Shown piece by piece: positions 26,701 through 39,200 of a stretch of DNA of 64,000 bases. The notes below the pieces were generated by a model. The model was not told the origin of the DNA, did no database searches, and worked only from the letters and a program-made list of their open reading frames with translations. Position 1 is the stretch's first letter, and each line of letters starts with the position of its first letter. Made by a program: the position numbers and the translations under genes. Source of the stretch: Macrostomum lignano (lineage: Eukaryota); the NCBI GenBank assembly GCA_002269645.1, contig NIVC01003649.1, forward strand, positions 21,616 through 85,615, read 5' to 3'.

Positions 26701-28321
26701 TTAAACTACTAGTAGCTAATTACCTGGCTATTAAACTACCAGTTGCTAATTACCTGGCTATTAAACTACCAGTAGCTAATTACCTGGCTATTAAACTACC
26801 AGTAGTTAATTACCTGGCTATTACACTACCAGTAGTTAATTACCTGGCTATTACACTACCAGTAGCTTATTACCTGGCTATTACACTACCAGTAGCTAAT
26901 TACCTGGCTATTACACTACCAGTAGCTTATTACCTCGCTATTACACTACCAGTAGCTTATTATCTCGCTATTACACTACCAGTAGCTAATTACCTGGCTA
27001 TTACACTACCAGTAGCTTATTACCTGGCTATTACACTACCAGTAGCTAATTACCTGGCTATTACACTACCAGTAGCTAATTACCTGGCTATTACACTACC
27101 AGTAGCTAATTACCTGGCTATTACACTACCAGTAGCTAATTACCTGGCTATTACACTACCAGTAGCTAATTACCTGGCTATTACACTACCAGTAGCTTAT
27201 TACCTGGCTATTACACTACCAGTAGTTAATTACCTGGCTATTAAACTACCAGTAGCTAATGTTAATTATATAACTAGCAGTTAACCTCATACTTAACCGT
27301 ACCTAATTACCTGAAACGTACCCGTAGCTATAATTTACTGGTGGCTTTCCGTTGCCTAATTGGTAACAGTTTGATAAAATCCGTATACTATGTCTTTATA
27401 TTACGCTCGTACATGCGTATTTTACATCCCCATATTACATCCATACATTTCATCAGTACATTACATCCGTACATTACATCCGTACATTACATCAGTACAT
27501 TACATCCGTACATTACATCCGTATATTACATCCGAACATTACATCCGTATATTACATCCGTATATTACATCCGTATATTGCATCCGAACATTACATCCGT
27601 ATATTACATCCGTATATTACATCCGTATATTACATCCGTATATTGCATCCGAACATTACATCCGTATATTACATCCGTATATTACATCCGTATATTACAT
27701 CCGTATATTACATCCGTATATTACATCCGTATATTGCATCCGAACATTACATCCGTATATTACATCCGTATATTGCATCCGACTCTCCTCTCCCCTCAGG
27801 CCCCGCCCGGGCCAGTCTATCCAACACCCGAGCTGCCCTGTCCCGGCCACGGCGCACTCTGCGTCCCCGACCCAGCCCAGCTGATTGTGCAACCGTGGGG
27901 CCACCGTCTGGCGTTCACCGGAGTTGACAGCGTCGCCCACCTCGCCGCCGAGGAGGTCAGCGGCGGCGGCGGCGGCGGAGCAACCGAAGGCGGCAGCGGC
28001 GATCGCTTGGGCCGCCTAGCCGGCCACCTGCTGTCCCAGTGCTCAATGTATCCGCTGCTACCGTCGCACGACTCCCTGCCGTTGGACTATCCTCTGTGGG
28101 GCCGGCACTGCTTGCTTGGCGACGACACGCCACACCTGTTGATTGCCGCCTCTCAGGTGAAACCGTTTATTAAACTGTTGCCAACTGCAGCAGTTGAGCA
28201 AGGAAGCCAAACTCCTTGCTGCTGTTTCGTTAATCCTGGCCGCCTGTCCCGGGGCACCTACGGCCGGGTGCGACTGGGACCGGACGGTCAGCTGGTGGAG
28301 GCCGAGGTTCTGCGACTGTGA
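23762..28321 (+). CDS. POLA2: DNA polymerase alpha subunit B; exons 23762-24102, 24861-25695, 27800-28321 (565 aa)
   Basis: RYMFQ; VDLSGCEQSRYSLFPGQVVAVRGSNPTGR; GPVYP; HLAAEEVS; HLLSQCSMYPLLP; CFVNPGRL. GT-AG junction phases 2 and 0 give 1698 nt in frame. Confidence 0.93.
24130..24840. repeat. 20-bp (GATTGGTGGTAGATTGGGAA) then 22-bp (GGAAGTGGCAGATTGGGAGTTG) minisatellites filling POLA2 intron 1
   Basis: Two adjacent tandem arrays. Confidence 0.95.
25780..27780. repeat. 30-bp (AGTAGCTAATTACCTGGCTAATACACTTCC, ~25780-27260) and 13-bp (ATTACATCCGTAT, ~27420-27780) minisatellites in POLA2 intron 2
   Basis: Tandem arrays; the 13-mer ends at the polypyrimidine tract. Confidence 0.96.
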
Positions 28322-28625
28322 ACTGCTCACTAGGATGTGACCAGAGTAGTGCTAAGGCAGAGTGACTGCTCACTAAGATGTGACCAGAGTGACTGCTCAC
28401 TGGGATGTGACCAGAGTGACTGCTCACTGGGATGTGACCAGAGTGACTGCTCACTGGGATGTGACCAGAGTGACTGCTCACTGGGATGTGACCAGAGTGA
28501 CTGCTCACTGGGATGTGACCAGAGTGACTGCTCACTGGGATGTGACCAGAGTGGCTGATCACTGGGATGTGATCAGAGTGACTGCTCGCTGGGATGTGAC
28601 CAGAGTAGGGCTGATTCAGAGTGAC
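28318..28625. repeat. 27-bp minisatellite GTGACTGCTCACTGGGATGTGACCAGA in the POLA2 3' UTR
   Basis: Tandem array whose first degenerate unit overlaps the TGA stop. Confidence 0.94.
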
Positions 28626-29189
28626 TGCTCACTGAGGACACCGGAACAGCTTCCTTTATTAACTAGTGCATATACTTTATTAAAAAAAGAATCTTTTTAT
28701 TGTAATTTTGTATCTAAGTGTTGCATTTGGTTTTGGGTTGAGTTGTCAAGCATTCTCCAGCTTTGTCTATTGTATTGTATTGTTTATAAATTTTAATAAT
28801 GCGGCATTTTTAATTACCTAAACTTTCTACTAACAGTAGTTAAACTTATTGCTCTAAGCTTTATAGTCTCTGTAATTAGTTTAAGTTGTCGATTTCCACT
28901 GGCATTTCTATTTCAATTTATTCTGCGAGTACCCAAAATAAATGTATTGGCATTTCTCTTTGCATGTTCTATGAATATCCTGTTTTTTATTTTCCCTGTC
29001 AAAGGTGCGAGTTATTCATAGTCAGCTTTGAATAGATACGAGTAAGTTAACACCACGTTTTCTTAATTATAGATTCTAGGCATAATTTTACATTGTCTTC
29101 TTCTCTCGCTTCTCTTCTACCGATTCTGTCCCGATTTTCTCGCCCTCTTCTCTTATCTCCCTTCCCTTTCCTTTTGACTTTGTATCTCC

Positions 29190-29570
29190 CCTTTACCCCT
29201 CTCCCTTCCCCTCACCCTCTCTCCCTTCCCCTCACCCTCTCTCCCCCTCGCCTCTTTCTCTCCCCCTTCCCCTCACTCCCTCTCCCTTCCCCTCACCCTC
29301 TCTCCGTTCCTCTCACCCTCTGTCCGTTCCCCTCACCCTCTGTCCGTTCCCCTCACCCTCTCTCCCTTCCCCTCACCCTCTCTCCCTTCCCCTCACCCTC
29401 TCTCCCTTCCCCTCACCCTCTCTCCCTTCCCCTCACCCTCTCTCTCTTCCCCTCACCCTCTCCGTTCCTCTCACCCTCTGTCCGTTCCCCTCACCCTCTC
29501 TCCCTTCCCCTCACCCTCTCTCCGTTCCCCTCACCCTCTCTCCCTTCCCCTCACCTCTCTCTCCCCCTCC
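29190..29570. repeat. 20-bp pyrimidine minisatellite TCCCCTCACCCTCTCTCCCT
   Basis: Tandem array; source of ORF 29093..29701. Confidence 0.93.
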
Positions 29571-29745
29571 GAATTCTGACCACCTGCTCTGCAATGATAC
29601 CTAATTTCGTTTTGATGCCAACTCAACTGGCATATCAGCAGTGTGTTTTAACTAAAAAAGAAATTCATATAAAGCGTGCGCCTGAAAAAATCAAATTATA
29701 ATAAACGATTTAATTAATTAAATCAGTTTGCAACAAGAGCGCAGC

Positions 29746-31777
29746 ATGGAGCAGCAGCGTCACTTGCACGAGGAGAGGCGCTACATCACTAAACTGCTGC
29801 GCTGCTTCATACTTCGGGCTATTCAAGTTGTACTGCAGAGCCGATCTGGCAGGCTGTTCCGCTACGCCTGCCGGGATCACAGCAGTGTCGAGCTGCTCGG
29901 ACTGAGCTTCGAGGACGATCCAGAAATTGCCCTGTCGGCTAAGACTAAACTTGGCGGCCTGCCTGACCTGCGGCACGGCGATACCCACTCTGTGCAGGTG
30001 TTTCTCACCTGTCCAAATGCACAAGCTCGAACTGATGAAGATGCTGACAATGACAGGCTGTATCTGGAGGTGTGGACATTTCGATTTGCTGAGGAGAGCG
30101 ACCCATCTCTGCGTAGGGCTAAGGTTTGTGCTGCTAAATGGGATATTTTTGCGTCCTTAGCAACGATGCAAGCAAATAATGTTGTCTATGTAAGCAGCGT
30201 CCTTAGCAACGCGTGTTTGAGTTAAACGAGTGTTTTCAACGTAAGCAGCGTCCTTGGCAACGGTTCTAGAGTTGAATGAATGTTTTCCAGAGAGTAATCA
30301 GCGTCCTTGACAACGGTTAAACAAACGATCGTTGCCAAGGTTATCAGAATGTTTAATATTTGAGTTCGTTCCTAATGTAATCAGCGTCCATAGTAACAGT
30401 GCAAGCGTTGAGTGTTGCAAAGGTACTTAGCGTCCTTCTTTTCTGTAATAGCGCTCACATTAAGCGTCCCCTAGTGCCATTAAGGTGTTTGGCGTCCTTA
30501 GTTACAGTTCTACATAACTAAGAGCAGGAAAACTCAACTACCATCAAAAGTGCAGTGTGCGTACTTTCCTTTAAAAACTTGCACAGGCATTCGACCGGCT
30601 AACCGTAGCTCTCAAAGCCCTCTGGTCCGTTGCCCGCGCTCTGCCAGCCTATCGCGTTGCCCGCCGCGGCACAACTGAGAGTCGGGTTCTCTGCTTCCGG
30701 CTGCTGCCGGGCGCAGCCGACCCGGCCGTTCTCGGGCCTGGCTACCAGAACCGGCGGGTGGCCTCTGTTCGAACTCTGGCCGGCACCCTGTCGCTTACCT
30801 GCTCGTTCCGTAGCCCCATCAAGCTGGGACCGGAGTCGCTGCGGCTGCACGAAGGCCACTACCAGCTGACTGAGGACTCCGTCAGCAACACTGTCGATCA
30901 GACTCCAGATTCAGTGGGAATTGATTCAAATTTTTTGCAGCAGCCAATGTCGCTGCCGCAGCCGGAAACGTCTCCGGTGGAAAATCCCAAGCCGACGCAG
31001 CCGCCGATGTCGGCCAGTGCGAACCAGCAGAAGCAGAAGCAGCGACAGAGCGCCTTCTGCCCAGTTGGCCCGTTCGCCATGGTCGGCGCCAACGGCTTCG
31101 CTGCTCCGTTCGATCGTCTCTCCGACTGCAACGGCGGCGGCGTCGGCATCTTCGGCGATTTCGATGACGATTTGCCGTTCAAGTCGCTGATGTCGTCCTC
31201 TTCAACGGATGGCGCGGCGACAGCCTCGGCTTCGGCGACCGCCGCCCCTAACGACATCGACGGCGGCTTGAACGGCGGCGAGGACGCCGACAGCCAGCAG
31301 TGCGAGATGTCGGCCGAGCTGTCCGACTCGCCAGACGAGGATGACGACGACGTCTTGCGCGTAGCCGACGGCAACAATTTTCAAGACGGCGACGGTGGCG
31401 CCTCGTTTGCGAGAGTGTCGCCATTGGACGAGTCCTCAGTTGAAGCTTCGGGCGACTTCGGCTCGGCAGCTGGAGGCGTGGGTCGCAACGGCTCGCTGGG
31501 GTCAGCCGAGGACATCGCAACAGGCGCTGCAGCGGCCAGCAGCATATCCGAGTTTCTGCCGTTTGCCAGCGACTGCTCAGCTGCGGATTTGCAGCGATTG
31601 CAGCAGCTCAAATCCGCTGTTAAGCTGGAGATGTTCGCCGCCCCGAATCCGCTGGCCGACCGCATCGGCGACATTCCCCGCCAGCTGAAGTTCTTTGAGC
31701 AGGACCTGGCTGAGTTTGACTGCATGCTCAACACTATGCTGGAGAGGAGCAGTGACTCCGAGCCTGAGCAGCTTTGA
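29746..31777 (+). CDS. ATG13: Autophagy-related protein 13; exons 29746-30123 and 30587-31777 (522 aa)
   Basis: HORMA domain FILRAIQVVLQSR...LYLEVWTF | AFDRLTVALKALWSVARALPAYRVAR...GTLSLTCSFR; acidic disordered middle; C-terminal IPRQLKFFEQDLAEFDCML resembles the ULK1-binding tail. Phase-0 intron is in frame. Confidence 0.92.
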
Positions 31778-32850
31778 GCTGGCGGGAGGGCGATGACCGA
31801 TCTAGGGAGGGCAAAAACTAATTTGATGAGTCAGGAGAGGGCAATGACCGATTAAATGAGTCAGGAGAGGGCAATAACCGATCTGATAAGTCAGGAGAGG
31901 GCAATGACCGATTCAATGAGTCAGGAGAGGTCAATGACCGATCTGAGGAGTCAGGAGAGGGCAATGACCGATCTGAGGAGTCAGGAGAGAGCAATGACCG
32001 ATCTGAGGAGTCAGGAGAGAGCAATGACCGATTCAATGAGTCAGGAGAGGGCAATGACCGATTCAATGAGTCAGGAGAGGGCAATGACCGATTCAATGAG
32101 TCAGGAGAGGTCAATGACCGATCTGAGGAGTCAGGAGAGGGCAATGACCGATCTGAGGAGTCAGGAGAGAGCAATGACCGATCTGAGGAGTCAGGAGAGA
32201 GCAATGACCGATCTGAGGAGTCAGGAGAGGGCAATGACCGATCTGAGGAGTCAGGAGAGAGCAATGACCGATCTGAGGAGTCAGGAGAGAGCAATGACCG
32301 ATCTGAGGAGTCAGGAGAGAGCAATGACCGATTAAATGAGTCAGGAGAGGGCAATGACCGATCTGATGAGTCGAGAGAGGGCAATGACCGATTTGATGAG
32401 TCGAGAGAGGGCAATGACCGATCTGAGGAGTCAGGAGAGAGCAATGACCGATCTGAGGAGTCAGGAGAGGGCAATGACCGATCTGAGGAGTCAGGAGAGA
32501 GCAATGACCGATCTGAGGAGTCAGGAGAGAGCAATGACCGATCTGAGGAGTCAGGAGAGGGCAATGACCGATCTGAGGAGTCAGGAGAGAGCAATGACCG
32601 ATCTGAGGAGTCAAGAGAGAGCAATGACCGATCTGAGGAGTCAGGAGAGAGCAATGACCGATCTGAGGAGTCAGGAGAGAGCAATGACCGATTAAATGAG
32701 TCAGGAGAGGGCAATGACCGATCTGATGAGTCGAGAGAGGGCAATGACCGATTTGATGAGTCGAGAGAGGGCAATGACCGATTTGATGAGTCGGGAGAGG
32801 GCAATGACCGATCTGATGAGTCGGGAGAGGGCAATGACCGATCTGATGAC
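31775..32850. repeat. 30-bp minisatellite GAGTCAGGAGAGGGCAATGACCGATCTGAG in the ATG13 3' UTR
   Basis: About 35 tandem copies; the first degenerate unit overlaps the stop codon. Confidence 0.96.
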
Positions 32851-33374
32851 AGTTAGTTAGCAATGATACTTACAGAGTTAAAAAATTCCATTGTTTAAAA
32901 TTGACGTTCACATTAGCTATAGTATGGGTAACATTTCTGATATTGCTACTTATTTTTCCTTAGTCTGTTAGTAGTGATAAAGTAAATTTGCTGTCATTTA
33001 TTTTTTTACTGCATAAAAGTGAAAAATTGTTTTTCCTTACTTAGCGCCTGTATTGTGAAGTGCGATCCTGTGTGAGCTCGGCTTATTCATTCACCGTACT
33101 GTGTGTGCATTAGTCTTTCTTAAATATTGATCAGTTACCGAGTTACTGTCTGCTAATTGCGAAATTGTATGATTGGCACTGAGCATTGTAGATTCTGCAT
33201 CTGCATCTGCCTCATGCTTTATGCTAATCCATCCTATGAAAGTTTTTTTTACCTTTCTGTTTCTGTCTGATCTCTCGGTAATATATTTGCCTAATTTCTA
33301 CACCCTCACTCTAATCTCTCTAACCTCCATTTTCGCCTAACAACTTTCCCTGAATCTTCCTAATCCCCACTGCT

Positions 33375-35140
33375 CTCTAATCTTCCTAATCTCTACTTTA
33401 CCGGCCTCTAATCTCCCCAATCTCTACTTTACCGCCCTCTAATCTCCCTAATCTCTACTTTACCGGCCTCTAATCTCCCCAATCTCTACTTTACCGCCCT
33501 CTAATCTCCCTAATCTCTACTTTACGGGCCTCTAATCTCCCTATTCTCTACTTTACCGGCCTCTAAGCTCCCTAATCTCTACTTTACCGGCCTCTAATCT
33601 CCCCAATCTCTACTTTACGGGCCTCTAATCTCCCTAATCTCTACTTTACCGGCCTCTAAGCTCCCTAATCTCTACTTTACCGCCCTCTAATCTCCCTAAT
33701 CTCTACTTTACGGGCCTCTAATCTCCCTATTCTCTACTTTACCGGCCTCTAAGCTCCCTAATCTCTACTTTACCGGCCTCTAATCTCCCCAATCTCTACT
33801 TTACCGCCCTCTAATCTCCCTAATCTCTACTTTACCGGCCTCTAATCTCCCTAATCTCTACTTTACCGGCCTCTAATCTCCCTAATCTCTACTTTACCGG
33901 CCTCTAATCTCCCTAATCTCTACTTTACCGCCCTCTAATCTCCCTAATCTCTACTTTACCGGCCTCTAATCTCCCTAATCTCTACTTTACCGGCCTCTAA
34001 TCTCCCTAATCTCTACTTTACCGGCCTCTAATCTCCCCAATCTCTACTTTACCGCCCTCTAATCTCCCTAATCTCTACTTTACGGGCCTCTAATCTCCCT
34101 ATTCTCTACTTTACCGGCCTCTAAGCTCCCTAATCTCTACTTTACCGGCCTCTAATCTCCCTAATCTCTACTTTACGGGCCTCTAATCTCCCTAATCTCT
34201 ACTTTACCGGCCTCTAATCTCCCTAATCTCTACTTTACGGGCCTCTAATCTCCCTATTCTCTACTTTACCGGCCTCTAAGCTCCCTAATCTCTACTTTAC
34301 CGGCCTCTAATCTCCCCAATCTCTACTTTACCGCCCTCTAATCTCCCTAATCTCTACTTTACCGGCCTCTAATCTCCATAATCTCTACTTTACCGGCCTC
34401 TAATCTCCCTAATCTCTACTTTACCGGCCTCTAATCTCCCTAATCTCTACTTTACCGGCCTCTAATCTCCCTAATCTCCCTAATCTCTACTTTACGGGCC
34501 TCTAGTCTCCCTAATCTCTACTTTACGGGCCTCTAATCTCCCTAATCTCTACTTTACCGGCCTCTAATCTCCCTAATCTTTGCTGCACCCTCTAATCTCC
34601 CTAATCTCTACTTTACCGGCCTCTAATCTCCCTAATCTCTACTTTACGGGCCTCTAAGCTCCCTAATCTCTGCTGCACCCTCTAATCTCCATGATCTCTA
34701 CTTTACCGGCCTCTAATCTCCCTAATCTCTACTTTACGGGCCTCTAAGCTCCCTAATCTCTACTTTACCGGCCTCTAATCTCCCTAATCTCTACTTTACC
34801 GGCCTCTAATCTCCCTAATCTCTACTTCACCGGCCTCTAATCTCCCTAATCTGTACTTTACCGGACTCTAATCTCCCTAATCTCTACTTTACTTTACGGG
34901 CCTCTAATCTCCCTAATCTCTGTTGCACCCTCTAATCTCCATGATCTCTACTTTACCGGCCTCTAATCTCCCTAATCTCTACTTTACGGGCCTCTAAGCT
35001 CCCTAATCTCTACTTTACCGGCCTCTAATCTCCCTAATCTCTACTTTACCGGCCTCTAATCTCCCTAATCTCTACTTCACCGGCCTCTAATCTCCCTAAT
35101 CTGTACTTTACCGGACTCTAATCTCCCTAATCTCTACTTT
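33375..35140. repeat. 31-bp minisatellite CTCTAATCTCCCTAATCTCTACTTTACCGGC
   Basis: Long tandem array with variant units. Confidence 0.96.
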
Positions 35141-35734
35141 ATCCTCTAATCCCCTAACCTCTACTTTACCCTTTAATATTATTACCCTAATCTTTACTTT
35201 ATATCCTAATCTCTACCTATCCCTCTAATCTTCCTTCTTAATCTTTCTGATCCTTCTACACACATACACACACACGCTAATGGATGTTGCCAGCCACAGT
35301 TTATAAATCGTCTTTCCCGACACGATAATCGAGTAACATCGGTCTCTCATAAATCCCTGTTCATTGCATACTACTCACAGTCAGTAGTTTTGTTTCGTTA
35401 TTACCCTTGTAAACAATAGAATAGTTTATATCAGATATAGCAGCCATCCGGTGGACTCTATTTTTGTTTCAAATATTGATTTCGACTCGCTTGTAAAATG
35501 CGTCATTTGTACAGTTAATGTCACTTAAACTTGCTTTGCATATACTCATCTATTGCTGTTAAAAATTTACCCTGCAGTACAAATCATTTTCAAGTAAGTA
35601 AATTTCCTTTCTAGGAAAATTCCTTTCTGTGATTTTGGCTTGCGGCGAAATTTCACCTAAAATCAATTTAAGACTTCTGTTGCTTTGCTGACTTTTAGCA
35701 AAATAGTATTTGCACGTAGGTGCTGTGTTCGGGT

Positions 35735-36160
35735 CTGGCCCAGCAACTGAGGATCGGGGAGGTTGGCTAAGCATCTGAGGATCTGGGAGGCTGGCCGAGC
35801 AACTGAGGATCTGGGAGGCTGGCCTAGCAACTGAGGATCTGGAAGGCTGGCCCAGAGGATCTGGGAGGCTAGCCCTGAGGATCTAAGAGGCTAGCCCTGA
35901 GGATCTGGGAGGCTAGCCCTGAGGATCTGGGAGGCTAGCCCTGAGGATCTGGTAGGCTAGTCCTGAGGATCTGGGAGGCTGGCCCTGAGGATCTGGGAGG
36001 CTAGCCCTGAGGATCTGGGAGGCTGGCCCTGAGGATCTGGGAGGCTGGCCCTGAGGATCTGGGAGGCTAGCCCTGAGGATCTGGGAGGCTAGCCCTGAGG
36101 ATCTGGGAGGCTAGCCCTGAGGATCTGGGCATGCTGACACCAACAACTGAGAATCTGGTG
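35735..36160. repeat. 28-bp then 22-bp minisatellite (core GAGGATCTGGGAGGCT)
   Basis: Starts as GAGGATCTGGGAGGCTGGCCCAGCAACT and shifts to GAGGATCTGGGAGGCTAGCCCT. Confidence 0.93.
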
Positions 36161-36284
36161 ACTGGCATTAAGATTAAATTAATCCAAGCAAAACTAGCCT
36201 AAGGAAGCTCAGATTACTCTTGCATTGTTTGTCTCTTGACTTGTCGCTACGCTGAACACCCGACATGCTTGCTCATGCTCAGCC

Positions 36285-39200
36285 ATGTCGGCCGGAGACC
36301 GCGAGGAGCCGGCGATGTGGCCGCGGGAAGCCGCCTCCTGGATAGTGAGCCAGGCTGATCACGTGACCGTCCTGGAGGCGGGCATTCGCTCGCTGGCCGA
36401 CACCCTGCAGCCGGTGTTCGAGCGGGGCGAGTACTCTCTGGCCAGCTGGCGGCGGCATCCTTTGAACCCGAAGTCAGCTGACGGGCGGGCAGTCAGCTGG
36501 GTGTTCCTGGCCGATACGCTTAATTTCTCCTTCTGGTCGGATGCCGAGGTTTGTTGGGGTTGTTGTTCGGTGACGAGGTTGTTGTGTCAGCAGCTTGATT
36601 TGTGTCAGGACCGTGACGTATCAGGGTCTAGCTATCGCGTCAGTGCCTGTCTGTTAATTGTGCCAGGATCTGTTTTGTCAGTGTCCGAGTCTGTTGTTTC
36701 AGTGTCAGGATCTGTTGTTTCAATGTCAGGATCTGTTGTTTCAGTGTCAGGATCTGTTGTGTCAGCGTCAGGATCTGTTGTTTCAGTGTCAGGATCTGTT
36801 GTTTCAATGTCAGGATCTGTTGTTTCAGTGTCAGGATCTGTTGTGTCAGCGTCAGGATCTATTGTGTCAGTGTCAGGACCTGTTGTTTCAGTGTCAGGAT
36901 CTGTTGTTTGAGTGTCGGGATCTGTGTCAAGGCCAGGTCTATTGTGTCAGTGCCCGTCCACAATACAATCGCTGCGCATCGCCAGGCTGACGCCAAGTTT
37001 TGCGTCACGTACGCGGGCGAGCGGCACACGGGCTACTGGTCCCTGTGCGCGGCCATCAACCGCACTCTGGACGAAGGCTTCGACCTGCTGGACCCGAAAC
37101 TCTGGCCCGACTCTGGACAGATTGATTCATCTGCTTCGCGGCGACCGTTCTGAGATGCCGCTTATGCAGGAGAGGCTGGACTGTCTGCAAGAGACCGGTC
37201 GGATTCTGGTGGATCGGTACGGTGGGGACTTCAAAAATGTGCTGCTGGCTGCGGCCGGCTCCGCCAGGAGGCTGCTGGAGCTGGTGGTCACCGAGTTCCC
37301 GTGCTACAGGGACGTCTCCGTGTATAAGGTGTGTCCTGTTAGACAGCTGTGTTCCTGTTAGACAGCTGTGTTCCTGTTAGACAGTTGTGTTCCTGTTAGA
37401 CAGCTGTGTTCCTGTTAGACAGCTGTGTTCCTGTTAGACAGCTGTGTCCCTGTTAGACAGCTGTGTTCCTGTTAGACAGCTGTGTTCCTGTTAGACAGCT
37501 GTGTTCCTGTTAGACAGCTGTGTTCCTGTTACAGACAGCTGTGTTCCTGTTAGACAGCTGTGTTCCTGTTAGACAGCTGTGTCCCTGTTAGACAGTTGTG
37601 TCCCTGTTAGACAGCTGTGTTCCTGTTAGACAGTTGTGTTCCTGTTAGACAGTTGTGTTCCTGTTAGACAGCTGTGTTCCTGTTAGACAGTTGTGTTCCT
37701 GTTACAGACAGCTGTGTTCCTGTTAGACAGCTGTGTTCCTGTTAGACAGCTGTGTCCCTGTTAGACAGTTGTGTTCCTGTTAGACAGCTGTGTTCCTGTT
37801 AGACAGTTGTGTTCCTGTTAGACAGTTGTGTTCCTGTTAGACAGCTGTGTTCCTGTTAGACAGTTGTGTTCCTGTTACAGACAGCTGTGTCCCTGTTACA
37901 GACAGCTGTGTCCTGTTAGACAGTTGTGTTCCTGTTACAGACAGCTGTGTTCCTGTTACAGACAGCTGTGTTCCTGTTACAGACAGCTGTGTTCCTGTTA
38001 GACAGCTGTGTCCCTGTTACAGACAGCTGTGTTCCTGTTAGACAGTTGTGTTCCTGTTAGACAGTTGTGTTCCTGTTAGACAGTTGTGTTCCTGTTAGAC
38101 AGTTGTGTTCCTGTTAGACAGTTGTGTTCCTGTTAGACAGTTGTGTTCCTGTTAGACAGCTGTGTCCCTGTTACAGACAGCTGTGTTCCTGTTACAGACA
38201 GCTGTGTTTCTGTTAGACAGTTGTGTTCCTGTTAGACAGTTGTGTTCCTGTTAGACAGTTGTGTTCCTGTTAGACAGCTGTGTCCCTGTTAGACAGTTGT
38301 GTTCCTGTTAGACAGCTGTGTCCCTGTTACAGACAGCTGTGTTCCTGTTACAGACAGCTGTGTTCCTGTTACAGACAGCTGTGTTCCTGTTACAGACAGC
38401 TGTGTTCCTGTTACAGACAGCTGTGTTCCTGTTAGACAGCTGTGTCCCTGTTACAGACAGCTGTGTTCCTGTTACAGACAGCTGTGTTCCTGTTACAGAC
38501 AGCTGTGTCCCTGTTACAGACAGCTGTGTTCCTGTTAGACAGCTGTGTTCCAGTGTCAGGCATAAGAGGTTCCAGTGTCAGGCATAAGAGGTTCCAGTGT
38601 CAGGCATAAGAGGTTGCAGTGTCAGGCATAAGAGGTTGCAGTGTCAGGCATAGAGGTTCCAGTGTCAGGCATAAGAGGTTGCAGTGTCAGGCATAAGAGG
38701 TTGCAGTGTCAGGCATAAGAGGTTGCAGTGTCAGGCATAAGAGGTTGCAGTGTCAGGCATAAGAGGTTGCAGTGTCAGGCATAGAGGTTGCAGTGTCAGG
38801 CATAAGAGGTTGCAGTGTCAGGCATAAGAGGTTGCAGTGTCAGGCATAAGAGGTTGCAGTGTCAGGCATAAGAGGTTGCAGTGTCAGGCATAAGAGGTTG
38901 CAGTGTCAGGCATAAGAGGTTGCAGTGTCAGGCATAAGAGGTTGCAGTGTCAGGCATAGAGGTTGCAGTGTCAGGCATAAGAGGTTGCAGTGTCAGGCAT
39001 AAGAGGTTGCAGTGTCAGGCATAAGAGGTTGCAGTGTCAGGCATAAGAGGTTGCAGTGTCAGGCATAAGAGGTTGCAGTGTCAGGCATAAGAGGTTGCAG
39101 TGTCAGGCATAAGAGGTTGCAGTGTCAGGCATAGAGGTTGCAGTGTCAGGCATAAGAGGTTGCAGTGTCAGGCATAAGAGGTTGCAGTGTCAGGCATAAG

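Noticed and set aside
31818-32863. Ser/Asp/Pro-rich 338-aa and related ORFs
   Set aside because: They come from the 30-bp array in the ATG13 3' UTR.
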